From Raillietiella orientalis (Eukaryota): a stretch of 64,000 bases of DNA. Positions within the stretch are counted from its first letter, which is position 1. Each line of letters starts with the position of its first letter. This document shows, one piece after another, positions 38,500 to 52,250 of this stretch. The notes beneath the pieces were generated by a model. That model was given only the letters and a program-made list of their open reading frames with translations. It had not been told where the DNA came from and ran no database searches. The position numbers and the translations under genes were made by a program. The stretch covers positions 2,914,001 to 2,978,000 of the forward strand of contig JAYWIR010000012.1 in NCBI GenBank assembly GCA_036172245.1, written 5' to 3'.

Positions 38500-41400
38500 C
38501 TGCTCTAAAGAAGTAAAAGGTGGGAAAACTCATGACAGAGGGAGGAAAGAAAACAAAAATAAAAAATTAAAACAAAGAGTACATCAAAAAATGAAAAAAA
38601 ATCTTTGGGAGAGTCGGGAAGGGACAATTGTTCGCTGCAAAGAGGCTGTCTGGCATCCTTGCTAGGATGCCAGACAGGTCCGTTCGAATAACTTCCAGGT
38701 CTGGTCTCTATCCCCAGAAAGCAACACGCAAAGTTGGATGGCGTCGTTTCTTCCACTGTCGGCTTCGCTTCAAGGCGCCACGATCAGCAAAGGACGCAGC
38801 AAAGCTATGCCAGGACTGACGCTGGATAGTGGGAATCCCGCAAAAAGAGGAGCTCTCCCATGCCGCCGACGGTGCCAACAGTGATCCCGAGGGTCGTTAC
38901 CAAACGTTCCCATAGGGGCCGAAGGCCAACACAGATCACTAGCAGGAGCGGGAGAGATTCCCGCGATTGCCCGCCCCGCGATAATCCGGGCTCACCCTCT
39001 TCTAAGTCCAGCGGTGTTCGCGTGCGTTGACGGGCAAACCCCAGTGCCGACTTCACCGACTTTAGAAGGAGAAGCTGCTATCCTTGAGCGTTGAGGTACA
39101 GCCCAGGCATTCAATAAGGATACCGAACAGCTCGCGCCTGCGTTGCAGTCCTAGCAGGAGGACACATGGGGTCTCAGCATCCGTCGGCTGTCCGAAGGTC
39201 CGTCCGCGCTCATCAACATCCGCCTCCCTGCAATCTCGCAGGAGACCTCCCACCTCGGCGTTCGGCTGCTGCCAAGTGCCCTCCTCAGGAAGGGCACATC
39301 GTTGTCTCGAGGGGGTGTGCTCTGCCCGCGCGCTCATGCTAGGATTCTGGGGGGAGCTTGCGCAGTGAGCGGCGGGCGTGGATGCCGAGTCGCAGGCGGT
39401 TCCCTCCTTCGGAGCTCGGCTCGTTACTCTTCGCCCACGTGCCAGCAGTTTCATCTACCCAGGCGCTGTAGTTGGCGGGGCAACAGACCATCCAGAAGTT
39501 CTCCTTCGCCAAGGTGGCCAAGCGTGCGAGAAGGAGACCGCATCTTCGCACCTTTCGTACGGAGCAGAACAAACAGGAGGACAACAAGTCCATCCGTACG
39601 GGATGCACGGAGATGGCAAGGTGTGCGCAAGAACGCCCCAAGAAGTGCTCCAATACTTCGCGGAGATGGCCATCGCAGCTGAATTTCCATCCGCTCCAGA
39701 GTCGAAAGGCCGAGGCCGCCGTCGCGGCGTGGAGCACACAAGTCCTTCAGCTGCAGTTCAGACATCCCGTTATCCCACAGGGAGAATCTCAGGACGTTCT
39801 TCGTATGTTCTACAGCTAGTTCTCGGGGGACGGGAACAAACAAAAAGCGGGAGACGGAGGAGAGGAGCGGCGAACGCGTTCCGGAACGCGTCGCGTTGCG
39901 GCAAGCAAACCTTGCACTCCAGAAACGGACCAAACGCCATCTCTGCTCTCTGGAGACGGCCAGGTAAGACTTCTGCAAGGAAAACGTCCATCAGTGGAAC
40001 GCCAAGGTACTTCAAGTACCTGCTTGTGGGGATCCCTAAGCAAATTCAGTTCGGTCGCCCAGACTACGTCGCAATACGCTGCCGCCGCTGATGATCTGGC
40101 CCTCTTCATCCTCAAGGCCGTCCCGAGGCTCAGTAACTCGAAAAAGCCTTCGAATGCTGAATCCGCGGTAACCATGGGGAGCCATAGAGGAAGAGGGTCG
40201 GCATACGCAGACACCGCAGGCGTTAAGAAGTGTCCAGAGTCGCCCTGTATGCCCTCAGCATCAACTGAAAGAGCAGGCAACTCAGGCTGTGTGCCTGCCT
40301 CATACTCGAAGAACTGACACTCCTACGAAAAGCATTCGACTGTTGGAGGAAATGCTTAGCAGCGCGTCGCGCAGGCGGAAGCGCAGGTAGGCGGTTCCTA
40401 CTGCCGGGAAGCCCATGCGATCCAGAAGCTCCAGAGTGCGAGCTGTCGAGTGCTTTTCGCAGGTCGACTGCGACCTCCAGGGCTCCTATTCCCGCTTGGC
40501 ATTCCCTTCCCTGCCCGGCATACGCTCCGAGATTCGGGTTGCCGACAATTCCTTTTTTTCTTTCGTCTCCTCTTTGTTCCCGAAACCATACGCTGGCGAA
40601 GAACAGGCTGGCATCCATGCTTCGTCCGGGAACAGCGTACGGCTGCTCCGGGCTAACTAAAACGCATTGAGGCACCCGTCCCAGTGGCTCAGTTCACAGT
40701 TTCCGCCAGCAGCGTGGCGCCCGCGCTCAACACGGCGATCTGATTAATCTCAGGTCTCCTCCCTAAGGGAGGAGACGCACCCTTGCTCATCGAGACGAGG
40801 AGGGAACGTCACCTGCATCCCGAATCAGCGAGGTCGACTTCTGCGTCAGCGGAGTCAGCTCTGCCGCGAAACACTCGCAAAACTCGGCAGCTGGCCGTCC
40901 CCTCCCATGGCGTCTTCCGCCACGTGAGCTTCCGCACGGCGGTCATTACTTCACCGATCGTGAAAGGCGCGTCGAGGCTTTCCCTCTCCTCCTCCCCGAT
41001 CGCGGGGGCATCACCCAGCATCAAAAGCCGAGAGAAATCTCGCTCCGGAGGTGCCCACGATTATCGGGAGGAATAGAACCTAACTTTTAAAGTTCCTAGC
41101 TGCGGGGGTGCCGAGTGCTTCTGGCCCTGGTCGTCCGGCAATCTGGCCGACACGGACACTGCCCGGCTTGGCGCTCGGACCCGGCTCTGCACTCCGCCAG
41201 ACGATGCACGTTGGGGGTGCAGGTTCGCGCTCTTTCCTTACGGACCCTTTCTCCCAATTCTGCGTGCGGATGGTCCAGAGGAAACCGCTCGCAGAACCCG
41301 AACCGGACCGAGCGTTTCAGTCCGAAAGATTCTGCAGGATGAAGGCTCTGAGGGTTTATTTGCGGAGATGTTAGGCTGCTGCCGGGAGGTACAGCCAGCC

Positions 41401-43895
41401 GTCCTGGAGATGCGACGCTTTGGACGGAGGTCGCTTGTCGCGTGGGCAAATCGGAAATTCGATGCGGGAATCGTCGGGGAGGGTCGATCTCACTCTGCCT
41501 GGCACGCCAACCTCGCCGTGGACGCAGCTGTTGGTCGAGGAAGACGTGGTCGACGCTGCTCTCCATCCCCGGTTGTCCCTCCAACAAGTTGCGCGTGCGC
41601 CCAGCTCGTTGGCTGCATGCTCTTGTGCACTCTGCGGCGCATCCGCAAGCAGGTGGAGGAGGTGGAAATCTCCGCCCACGAGGTGGGCTTCCCGCACATC
41701 GGCCAACCATTCGCGCTAGTGGTCGTCGAAGAACGCGGTTCTCTTCGCATACCCGTTTTCGCCTCTGGGAGCGCACACGTTGGTTAGGACGTGGTCGATC
41801 GAGTCGGTGCAGCTGACAAGCAGCTGCCCCATCCGACCTTCCCCTTCGAAGTGCACGGCTCCAGAAAGTAGGCCATCCCACAGGATTTGCGGAAGCCGCA
41901 ACGCCACAGTAGCCTTTCTTCCGTTCGCGTTTGAACCCCGACTTGCGTGTCGGGGTTCCCTGGCTTCGTTTTGCTGTACCCTTTTTCCGGGACTTTTGTT
42001 CCTGGACAGTTTAGTGATAAACGCGCCGGCGCACCCGGGTGAGAAGTAGCCTTTCCTCCGCGCTGCTGAGGATTTCCTGGGCTTCTTCTACGGAGATCAC
42101 GTGGGTGTCCTGCGGGTGCAGCGCGTGGCGGCAAAACTCGACCCGTCTTCCGCCGTCGTGGCGCAGCCGTTGCCGTTCCAGCAGGACGCGCGCCTTCTGC
42201 GGCAGGAGGAGAGCCCACTTCTTGTGGCTGGGACGTTGGGCTCCCGCCTCCTTCTCGGGCGGGACGCGAGCGGAGAGATCGAGTACCTGAGGCACCAGAG
42301 AGCACTCCTTCTCGCTGGTTCCCCGCACGGCGTCGGAGCGCGGGACGTTTTCACCCCGGGTGTCCCGCGTTTCCATGCTGCCGGCTTCCCCTTCGCGTGC
42401 CAGCTTTTGCCCTTCGCGAGGGGGGATGTACCGCCGCGGCGCGTCTTGGACTTGCGTCCCGATTTCCAAGGGAGTGCCTCGACGGGGAATGTGCTTCCGG
42501 CCTCGGCGTCGGAGTCTCAGATCTGCGCTCCCTGCGGGACCGCGAGCCGCCCCTCCAGGCCTTTTTCGCTGGCTCGGCATGGCTGCCACCACCTACGCCG
42601 CTTGCACGAAGGCAGGGCGGCGTCCTGGCTGTCAGCCGACGCGTCGCGCAGTTCACTCGCGGCGTTCGCGATTGCCGTCGGCAGCAGCGGTTTCTCCCAC
42701 GGTGACGCCTCCGAGTGCCGGGACGCGCTCGAGGACCACCACCTTGCTTTTCCGGATTTTCTCCTATCGCGGACTTCTTTTTCGCGGATAGCGAAGTGGT
42801 CCGTTTTTTCCGCTATTGTTTTGGGGACTCCACCGGCCGCCATTCCTCTTCTGTGTCAGCTGCTTCGAAGATTTGCGTTTCCGATTTCTGCTACTCGCCT
42901 TCCAACTTGGGCTGCTGACGTCGTCCGTCCTTCTTTTGCTTTCTTATTCACGATTCGTCCGCGATCTTTCCTTCCCCGATTTCTGAGGCCTTGGGGACCG
43001 GGGATACACTTTTCGAGCACACTTGTCGTTTCCTGAAAGCTGGATGGATGCTGAAGCCTCACCGGATGTTCGGGCACCTCTTCTTTCGATGTCTCGTGAC
43101 ATTACAGCGGCCACTGTACTTGGACTTCCCCTCACCTATCGAAGATCGACGCGCTCTCTGTTGATCTCCAGCCTGTGGCAAAGCTCGCCGTTCACGCGCT
43201 CCGTGACGCGCGCTGCGACCAGCCCACTGAAAAGTTTCACAAAACCCTCGTAGGGGCCGGGCTTGGCCCATAGCGCGTGCACGGTGCCATGTTTTCCGAT
43301 CACCGCGTGCACCGCGTTCTTGGGAATGGGGAGAGTGACGATCGCGAGGTGGACCGCTACGCAGGGGCCCTCCGTCACGGGGAAGATCTTGCAGCCTTCC
43401 ACCGGAGTTGAGGTGCTTAGCAAGCGTCGTGCTAGCCGCGCACCCTTGCAGGTCAGCTCAACGTTGCCCCGCTTCGTATGGAAAGGCCTTCAAATTCTTT
43501 CTGGACAATTGAATCGCGCAACTCTTTCGGAAAGGAGCACGCACTTCTTCCCACAAGCAGGCCACTCACCTCGTAGGTCAGGGAGAGCTTGTCGTCCTGG
43601 ACCAGGTAAGCATTGGTTTCGAGAATGGCTGCTGCTGATGGTGCTGCGGTCGCATCACTCCACTTCCTCTCTCCTGGAGAGCATGATTCCTTGGGGGGTG
43701 CACGCCGCCACTTCTTGCGCCCCACTTGTTTCGGGTGAGCAAGTGGCCTTCGCTCTCCCACCATCTATCGTGATATCCTCAGACATGGCTGCCATGTGGG
43801 CACCGTGGATGCACCATTGCGCAAACACCAAGGGAAAAAAAAGGCCCTGACTTTAGGCCCTGGACGGAGCACCGAAAGAGCACGTCCACAGCTCT
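38500..43895 (-). mobile_element. Near full-length degenerate L1/Tx1-clade LINE (ORF1, endonuclease, RT, CCHC)
   Basis: Motifs occur in collinear order. ORF1: RRM (VHLAIVTLPI...VIGKHGTV...YEGF...SG) and knuckle (GRCNVTRHRKKRCP). Endonuclease: WNGNG, PQDTHV, TNVCAP...R.AFF, VGGDFH, SSVDHVFL. RT: LDAPFTIGEV..A..KL..RKTP, EQ.YAVPGRSM, VDLRKALD, AYCDVV, KYLGVP, PRRDGGLGL. A CCHC remnant and a U-rich 3' UTR follow; 5' end is GAGCTGTGGACGTG. Confidence 0.9.
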
Positions 43896-43949
43896 TCCTT
43901 ATTTCCGTGGAGGGACATTCAGGAGGTGACCTTTGTCATGACTTCTCCA

Positions 43950-44060
43950 AAGGAAACCCGAGAAGGATCCGCTCCTGGAATTTCTTCTCTTCTCCGTGGG
44001 GAACGCGTAAGGGAAACCGTTTCTTGTTTCCTTCCCTAGAGAGTATCCTGAAGAGACGTA
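43950..44060 (+). repeat. Repeat 'R' fragment, nearly identical to the reverse complement of 63910-64000
   Basis: GAAACCCGAGAAGGATCCGCTCCTGGAATTTC...CCCTAGAGAG exact match over ~90 bp. Confidence 0.95.
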
Positions 44061-44329
44061 CTCAGGACCACGAAATCTTCAGCTGAGCCTTCTTGATCTG
44101 TTGGATTTAAGTCATGAAGAGGTGGCCTTTTAAATTGCATACCTTATGTGAATAGGTAGCAAAGGTTGCGAAGACAATTGGATCTTTGCTGGAAAAGCAT
44201 ATGAAGGGTGTGTATATGTATACTCGCACGCAAAGAGAGAGAGAGAGAGAGAGAGAGAGGTTGACTGTTTAGCTCTCCTTCAGCAATGTTCAGTAAGGAC
44301 TGATGCAATGTGCACGGGACTGACACCGC

Positions 44330-44660
44330 TTTAGCAGCTCTGCATGCATGCAAACTTGGGAAGTCGTTGTTCAGGAGTCTAAGAATTGGAAAAGGGAGGA
44401 GGACCACTGCAGAGTTTTCCTCTTAGGTTGAAATGATACACGGAAATACGCATCCACTCTCCTATTCTGATTTATTTGCTGCCTCATTCTCACACGTTCA
44501 CAATGGACCGTTCCTGGAACCTCGTCACCTCTGAACAATATGGGAACTGATACGGAAGGAAGGGAAAACTATGGATTTGGAAGCGGCGGAAATTCCTGAG
44601 CTCATCTCTGAGTGACTAGATAAGTGCTATAACTGGAACTATTTTGCCGTCTTTCTCCTA
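44330..44660 (+). mobile_element. Possible mariner C-terminal remnant
   Basis: HPLSYSDL resembles HPPYSPDL; DKC..W/GNYF resembles KC...G.Y.E. Confidence 0.3.
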
Positions 44661-45129
44661 GACCAGATAACGCTTATCTTCGATTTTTGATCAAGATGAG
44701 TCTTCCGCATTCCCCACGTGATCACCCCGCATACTTCTCGCATTCCTTTTTGCGGATTCAGCGGACTTTTTCTACGAGGTCAGCCGAGGTATCTACGGAT
44801 TGCACTTTCTTCCCCTTATCACAGGTCAACTTAGGTTCAGGGGAAACTCATTAGAGTTCGAAATTTTTTCCGCTTGAGCTTCAAACCGAACTGGGAAGAG
44901 GATCGCCTGGTTTGGGGTCGCGCTTTCGTTGAATCTGTCCATGCTTCGTTAGCATCTATTTCCTGTTTCATGACTATCGTCATCATTGTAAGGCATTTCA
45001 AGGGATTTCATGAATAAAAGTTTTCCAAAGGATTCGGAATTCCATAAAGAAACAAGAGGGGAGATTTAAAGCAACTTCCACCTTTTGGTCCACCATACAC
45101 TTGGGCTAGCGGAAGACGAGCAAGCTGGT

Positions 45130-45600
45130 GGACGGCGTCATGCCTCGTTTCCGGAAGAAAAGGCTGTTTTTGTGGAGGGATCGGTTGGGTGCTCTCCCTG
45201 AAGCTCCAGCGCCCACTTTCGTGCTTTCTGGAAGGACGAGATGCTACACTGGTTGCGCTGGGGTTTCCGGTGTAACCGGCTGTGGGAACATGGTCGCCGG
45301 GGAGTTGCGTCCTCCCAACTGCTTGAGGTGCGTGCAATCGACGGCCCGCACCTGCTTTGGGGATGCGGTGCCCTCCAGGAACTGCGGGGAAGATTGGCTT
45401 CAGCGCTGGGAGGCACCTGGAGAGCACAGCCAAGGGCTTGCTGCGGCGAGTCTTCGCGAACGGAGGACTCCCGACAGGCGCCGCAATTGCAGCGAGATGC
45501 TACATCCGCGCCATGGTCGCAGCCCGTCGGATGCTGAAGTCTCGGATGCGGAGAAGGGAGGTAACCCACAGTATGGCAGCGCCTACATGAGGATGCCAGT
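45130..45600 (+). mobile_element. L1/Tx1 ORF2 C-terminal (CCHC) remnant
   Basis: LWRDRLGALP resembles WR...GALPT; NCLRC...HLLWGC. Confidence 0.55.
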
Positions 45601-45860
45601 GAGGTGTCCTCATCTGGAAGAAGTCGTCAGGAAGGTGACCACCATTTAGTGCTGGTTTTAGAGGTGTCTCATACCAAAGGCCCTTGTTCCCGTCATCTTT
45701 TATTGATTGATTGGCTGTCCCTTCCTCCTCACTCCAGACTTTTTTAGCATCCGAGCTGCTTGATGGTGAGCTCTCCCCTTGAACTTTCTGTAGCTTTGGA
45801 GAATCGCATTCCCAATTTGTTTGTCTATTATTCTGGAGTTCACGCCCAGGAGTGAACTTA

Positions 45861-46445
45861 TCACCCAGGATAGCACTGGGTATTTTACTTCAGATAAACC
45901 AATCAAAACGGAACAGTCAGAGACGGACACGAGTCTGTCCTAACCCACAGAGACTGCCCTCTCACAGAACTGGGGAGGAGAGAGGACAGTGAATAAATAA
46001 ATCAGTAGGCAAAGGGATGGACCGGAATTCCGCTTGATTTCCGAGGGTTTGCATCGGCCATGGAAGGAGTGGAAGGTGGAGGGGGAAGGGTCTGCTGTCA
46101 CCTATTTGGTCTGCCCACAAGAGCTCGACGGTTCCCTTACGCCCCGCATCTCAGACTGGGCAATTCCATCTCCCTTCGCATGTAGGCGATTTCCAAGGGT
46201 TCTCCGGGATTTGACCGCTACCCTTCTTCCTTCGGTTTGGCGGAGTCACCGTCCCCCGCACGCGGCAGAGCATCTCCAGCGACCGGCAAGCCCGGAGACC
46301 TGACCGTGTCTCGAAGGAGGTCTTCCGAAGCAGCATCGGGGAACTGGGCTGCTCTGCAGCGATGCGCTCCCGTCCCTGGCGCAGCCTCCCTCATGCCGGC
46401 AGTACGTGCGGGGGTGTCTCCGCGATCCTACGGTGGGGACATTTC
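45861..46445 (+). repeat. Duplicated LINE inter-ORF/endonuclease segment; empty-site paralogue of 52756-53705
   Basis: Near-identical to 52756-52919 plus 53287-53705. LVCPQE resembles VCLQE and YGGDI resembles GGDFN. Confidence 0.95.
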
Positions 46446-46749
46446 TTCGGTTCTCTTCCTGCTATGGGTAGTGTTTTCGTTTTGGATGAGCGCCCAGTGC
46501 AGTAAGATAGCAGTCTCCTGGGAGTGCCCGCAGGGCAAGTCGTCAAGAAAGGAAAGAGGGGGACATTAGGGGCGGAGGATATCAAGTGGGATATGCAAAA
46601 ACAAAAATATAAATAAACGGAAGAAACAAAACATAGGTGTGTTCATCAGGGAAATGCACTTAAATTCATTTGGAATTATGAGTGCGAGGGAGGGCATGTG
46701 TTCTGAGTCCTTCTTACAGCCCTCCTGAGATGGTAAGCAGCGTTTTCCT

Positions 46750-48120
46750 TGATTCTAAATGGGAGGTGAGGCTAGCTAACCCAACTCTTCATTATTAGAG
46801 GAGTAATCGAGTGTTGCGTCATCCTCCGGTCTTTACTGCCGTTCCGTCGCGGGACGAGAAGCTGCAGATGCTCGTCACGTAGGCAAAAATGGACCACTAG
46901 CCATTCATTGTGCATCCAAAGAAAGGAGAGAGGTCTGGAGTTCCGCCTTCTTGTTCTTCGGCGCTGGGAAAGATTTGAAGGTTGGGGTATCCTGGATGTG
47001 TTGGATGCCTAACGATGTCATTTTACTGGGTTGGAGCACCCACGTTCTTGGAGTTTCCAGTACTTGTGAAGCATCGTCGTTCTTGACCCTCCAGGATTTT
47101 AACAGCATAGAGGTATTCGGAGAATGCAAACAACGCATGCACTACGCACATTCGTTTCCGTGTGTTATTTCTGAAGAAAGAACAGGAATGTTAATAAGCT
47201 ACTGATCACAGAGCATGGAGCTGTACCATACTTTGTGATCCCTCTGCCTTGAGCTTTGTAAAGCAAGATGTTTTCCGAAGGTCTTCGATTAGAATCGCCG
47301 CCCAAGAAGGTGACAACAGAAATAAGACTGCATAGTGAACGCAAAAAATTATCAAAGACGATGACTGAAGAAGAAAAAGGAGGGTGGATCAGAGTTGTAA
47401 GTGTCTTAGGGAAATATCCAGGGTCGAGGGTAGACATCCGTCATGAGGAAATTGATACGAGATGAATACAGCAAAAAGCACATAGACTCTCCACCTCCTT
47501 CGTCCCCAAGGTATTAGAAAACTGACAGGTGTTTCTGCAGAAGAGGGAACTTGCAACTCGATGATGGTATTCTAACCAGGAACTGATGAGTAGCTCACCT
47601 GCTGGCAGACGCTTGACAGTCGGAACCCCTGTTTGGGGTGAGAAAGGAAAAGATTTGCAATCAGCATTCGAAATACCTCTAGGAGAGAAGGAATAGACTT
47701 GCATCCATCTTACTAACATCGTCTGAGATGAAAAACTTCCCTCGTGCCATCAATTTTACGTACAAGTAATTCGTTACCATGGAAACGATGGCGTGCTCCC
47801 AAAGCTCTGAATCTCACGTGGCTGCTTTTCTTGCACGTAGTCTTCCAGCTGCCAAAGCATGCGTATGGCTATCAGAGGAGCTAAGAATCGACACCTCAAC
47901 GGAACAGTCTGCTCACAATAAATTGCAGGGTAGAGCCCGTCTTCCACAACCCTGGAACAAGGGACATGACCTACATGAGCAGTCCCTACCGTTTCCAAGT
48001 TACGGCTGCGTGCTGATTAGGATCTCCTTTCGGTTTCGCATTACGGATTGGTTTCTCATAAATTTATCCTGAAGACCAATACCACTCCAGAATTAGAATC
48101 ATGTATTCAGGAACATTCCA
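46750..48120 (+). mobile_element. hAT (Buster/ZBED/SCAND3-like) transposase remnant
   Basis: HYAH resembles HC..H; LYHT resembles LLYHT.VRW; SLPFPSYGC resembles LLPF.STYLCE.GFS; TPELE resembles the terminal P.I..L. Confidence 0.5.
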
Positions 48121-48299
48121 GGGAGGCAAACAGGCGCGCTCTCATGTATGACGTCTTTCGTCCTTCATTCGAGTTCCAGAAGCTACGAATTTCCCAGCGC
48201 ATGAGACGTTTTGTTGAGTTGTTATCCGTTTCGGAATTTTTGTCTTCTCTGATTATGGTGATGCCAACAAAATGGTACGCTGCCCAGCCGATAGGCTCG

Positions 48300-49300
48300 A
48301 AATATTCTTGAATTTGCGGATTTCAGTCCCGTTACAGGCAACAACAACCTCGCAGTCTCCTCCGACCCACTGAAGGAAACCTTGTATGTCTTCTTCAACC
48401 AGAAGATACGAGAGCGGACTTTGTGAAGAGCGTCGTCGTAGTAACCAGGGGCTTTCCGCAGGGAGGTGGCAGAAAGAGCCGGTGGGTTTTTCGATGCTCT
48501 TTTGGAGCTCTCCAAAAGCCCGCACGATCTCGGATTCCCCTTCAAAATGAGCGAGCGTGCATCCGGGGGTTTCCTAGCAGAGCCGTCGCTGTGACGTCGA
48601 CGAGTACGTGAAGGTCACCGCCTCTCGACGAGGTGGACAGAGTTTCTTCCAACACCCTGTCCGTGGGCGGGTTCCTCAATGACCTCGTGGCACACGTGGG
48701 TTCGCTCTCTTCGAGGGAGGTCCGGTCTGCTTGCTTAGAAGAGACGCAACGTGCCCTTTCACGACAGCGAACTTTCGCTCTTCGAGAGGGCATCAGCGAG
48801 AGACGTCCCTGTCGTCCCCGTTTCCAGATCTCTTTTTCTCGCTTCCCCCTGAGACTGTTGGGGTGTGCCGTCGAGTCACCGGTTCTGACTCCCTGCTCCT
48901 GCAAGTCTCTGCCAAGCCCGAGGCGTGGCTCCTCGCCAGCACGTGGGTCTGGACCCGTCCTCCTCCGAGTGCAGGTGCGAGCATCGTTGTGGAAGCTGGC
49001 CATCGTGGCCGAGTTCGTGGAACACTCACTGGTTCCCCCCTTCGAGATTTCTCCTGAAGAACGCGGAGCGCTGCAGACGGCTCGCCTGGACCCTCTCGCT
49101 GGCCTACAGGTGAGGGCGAGGTCAGCGCCACCCGTCCCGCCCGATTGCGCTGCTGCTGAAGGATCGCGAATGGACATCCTGCCGGCAGCTCGATAGGAGC
49201 TCAGGCGGCAAGAATCACTGGAAGTGCGGAGGTAGCTGGAAATAGCAGCGCCGCCAGCCTCCTGGGGGAACTCTTTCTCGAGAGAGATGGTCGACGCGGG
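48300..49300 (-). mobile_element. L1/Tx1 ORF1 remnant
   Basis: YKVSFSGSEETARLLLPVTGLKSANS resembles V.Y.GQ..TC..C...GH...C, preceded by an RRM-like segment. Confidence 0.4.
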
Positions 49301-50719
49301 GTCATTCAGGATGCTGTGAGTCCGCTTCTGAATCGGTGGGATGAAGAAAAAGAGAGGATGCCCCTGCAGCGTGGGAGGTGTCTCATCGGAAGGTGGGGCT
49401 AACCAAACCCGTTTCTCGGCATTCCCGATGGGAACTTCGATATCCCGGACCTCCTGGTCGGCTCCTTCGTTTTCCCTCTACGCTTCCAGCAGGGCTCTCT
49501 CTTTGGAATGAGGAAGGTCGTCACGTTTCAGTGAGGGAAGAGTGACCAAGGAGTGCACCCACTGAGACAGGGTAGGGACCCTGCCTGACGTGCTCCTCGA
49601 AAGCGAAAGGCTGGATTAGGGAAGGAAGCGCACCGAGGATGCGCCCTGGAAGGGTCTGTTTGAGGGGAAATGGTCGCTTCTCCGGTCTGCTCACCCACTG
49701 CCCCTCGAGGGCGATTCCGTGCCACGTACGAGCAGCGGTGACCGCCAAAACGGAGGAAGCATGGGGCCACCGTCATTCTGGGTGGCCATTCGCACCAGCC
49801 ATCTGCGTGAGAAAGGCAATGAAACGGTCCAGTCCGGGATGTGAGGCACAGGGAACCTTTGGAGGATCGAGGTCAGACCATTCGGATATAGACAGTCGCA
49901 GCCCTTTCCCCTCATCCCTTCTCTGCCCGACGTGAGTTCTCAAGAACTGGACTGTGTCAGCTGTAAGGTCAGCTCATCCCCCTATTCCCTATTTATTTAT
50001 TGTCCGTTCCACCTCTCTTTCCTGGTTCTGTTCCCAGGGAGGTCATTACTTTCCCTTCCTTCCATGTCGGTCCATCTCTAACTTGAGAATTTTCATGTCC
50101 TTACATTGAATGAATGGCCCGCCAGCTGGGGAAGAGGAGGTCGCTTATCAGGTCTGCTCCAGGAGGGGAAGCTGTTCTTACCAAATGGGCAGTCATGACA
50201 GTAAGAATCCTTAGGGCTGTTCCTTTGCATCCTCGCTTGTCACGACCCATTCACTGATTCCAGGGAATCTTCGATCCGAAATCAGCAAAGCCACTTACGA
50301 TAATTAACGCTATACGCTGCCCTCTGTCCCGAGGAGCACTGAAGTCTCCACCAGGGAAAAAAAACAGGTCTTTCCTTCCTGGTTCGAGAATGAAAATGCG
50401 ATCACCAACTTTCGAGATTTCAGTAATAGTTAGTTTGGTTTATTTTTTGCATATTTTCGCACGAAAAAGACAATGGAAGAAGTCAGAGGATTCCTTGATG
50501 TCAGGAAGGAGTGCGGTCGATCCCCCTGCGCAATAGTTGCGCTTTCTTTGTTTAGTTCGTCCACGAGTTCTTTCACCTTCCCTTCCTCCTCTTCTTTTCT
50601 CCCTCCTCCTCCCTTCTTTCTCTTCCTCATTTTCTCCTCTTTACTTCTTCTCCTCCTTCTCTTCTCCTTTTCAGAGAGCAGCTTCAGTTACTTCCTGAGG
50701 AAATAGTTAGTAAAGCATG

Positions 50720-52250
50720 GCCTGGAATCATTTCGCGTGGACAGATAAGAGTAATAGTCAGATAACTCTCTCCAGTAGACTTCTGACAAGCCGCTCGAGG
50801 AGCCTCAGTACGACAAAGGAGCTGCAGCATCCTATGGCTCTGTCTTGCCTGCCTGTAAAAAGTCCCTGCCTCATGCGTTTCGCTTCACGAAAGACAATTG
50901 AGCGAAACTGCTAGGAAAAATTTTCATCCTCGGATACAATTCAGAGAGTGAATCTCGAATCCTCAACTTTTTGAGGAACTTGGACGCAGCCGGTTTGAGG
51001 GAGGCATTCCGGAAGAGGCACCGGAAGTGGGGGAATAAGACCTGCAAGAACATCTCCCTATAAAGGGGTGAAGATAGCTCAGGCTCCGACAGTCTGGGAA
51101 GACGGAACCAGGCAACCTACTTCTGAGCAAACGGAAGCCAGAGGAAGAGTGGGATGCTCAGTACAAGTTGTTTGAATGTGAAGACGGTTCACTTTAAGAT
51201 TCGAGGCAAGATGTGTTCAGCTAACGACCGACATTCCATCTTGATATCCTCTTTGTGTGTAATTACCTCAAGCTGCGAAACGAGATGGATGCTTGCAAGG
51301 ATTCATCATTCCTCGTTCCCGTTCTTTGTTGCTCGCTCTTTGATCATTTATTTTTGGAGTTCTCAGAAATGATTCAGCAGGACAGAGTCTCGAAAGAAAC
51401 CCTTGGAACGACAGCGCTCAGCCAATGACTCCATGCAGAATCCTCACATCTGGCACTCGAGACGTACCTTGGGGTTGTGATGCCGCCAAGATTTCCTTCG
51501 CTCTCTCGTCCAATCGCAAGCTTTCTGGCAGCCTCTCGGACGGGAAGGCTGAGCTGGATTCTGGCACACATCACTATTCCCTTTTTCATGCGTCCAATTG
51601 AGCCCACGAAGGAGTACGAGTTCAACGAGCGCCTCGTCCTTTCCCGTACCCCAGGGATCCCAGAAATCCTACCACCAGAGCTCTCACCACAACCTCTGTA
51701 GACGTGCCAGAAAGACACCTTTCTGCACGTGGACTCTTTTCTTCAACGTTCTTCTGGTGCTGCTGCCTCGTTCTCAAGCGATCAAGCGACGTCGGGATAC
51801 ATATCCAAGAGTTCGGAAGCACCAGGTCCGGAACAGTCTCCAGTTGTCCCCCTGGATAGGCCGGTTTGAGGTCACCAGTCTCCTGCTCTCCTTGGGCTGC
51901 TCCATATGGTGAGATGAATCGCCTTGCTTCTCGTTTCCTCCGTCACCTCAGCCTCCTCAGGGTGACCTCGCATAGTTCCTCGCCCTCATCAGAGGATCTT
52001 CGCTTATTCGTATGTCTTTTTTCCTGGTCTTTCTTGAAAGAAGGCCGTCTGACAAGCACGGAAGGTGCGTTCTATTATGCTGCTGCGAGCTGGTCCTCCA
52101 GGATTTTGTCTCGTTAAGGTGGAGGAAGCATTCTGCCTTCGGACAAAATGCTTCCTCTATCTTAACTAGGTTGAGACGAGGTATCGGTGGTCTCCATCAG
52201 GTGGCAGTACGCGGCAGCACTCGTCTTGCACTGCTGCAGCACCACTAAAG
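50720..52250 (-). mobile_element. L1/Tx1 RT-to-C-terminus remnant; 51810-52170 has an inverted paralogue at 63135-63500
   Basis: Clear nucleotide paralogy (GAAGGCCGTCTGACAAGCACGGAAGGTGCGTTCTATTATGCTGCTGCGAGC), plus IQG (RQG), GFLG (KYLG) and PVREAA (P..EGGL) remnants. Confidence 0.6.
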
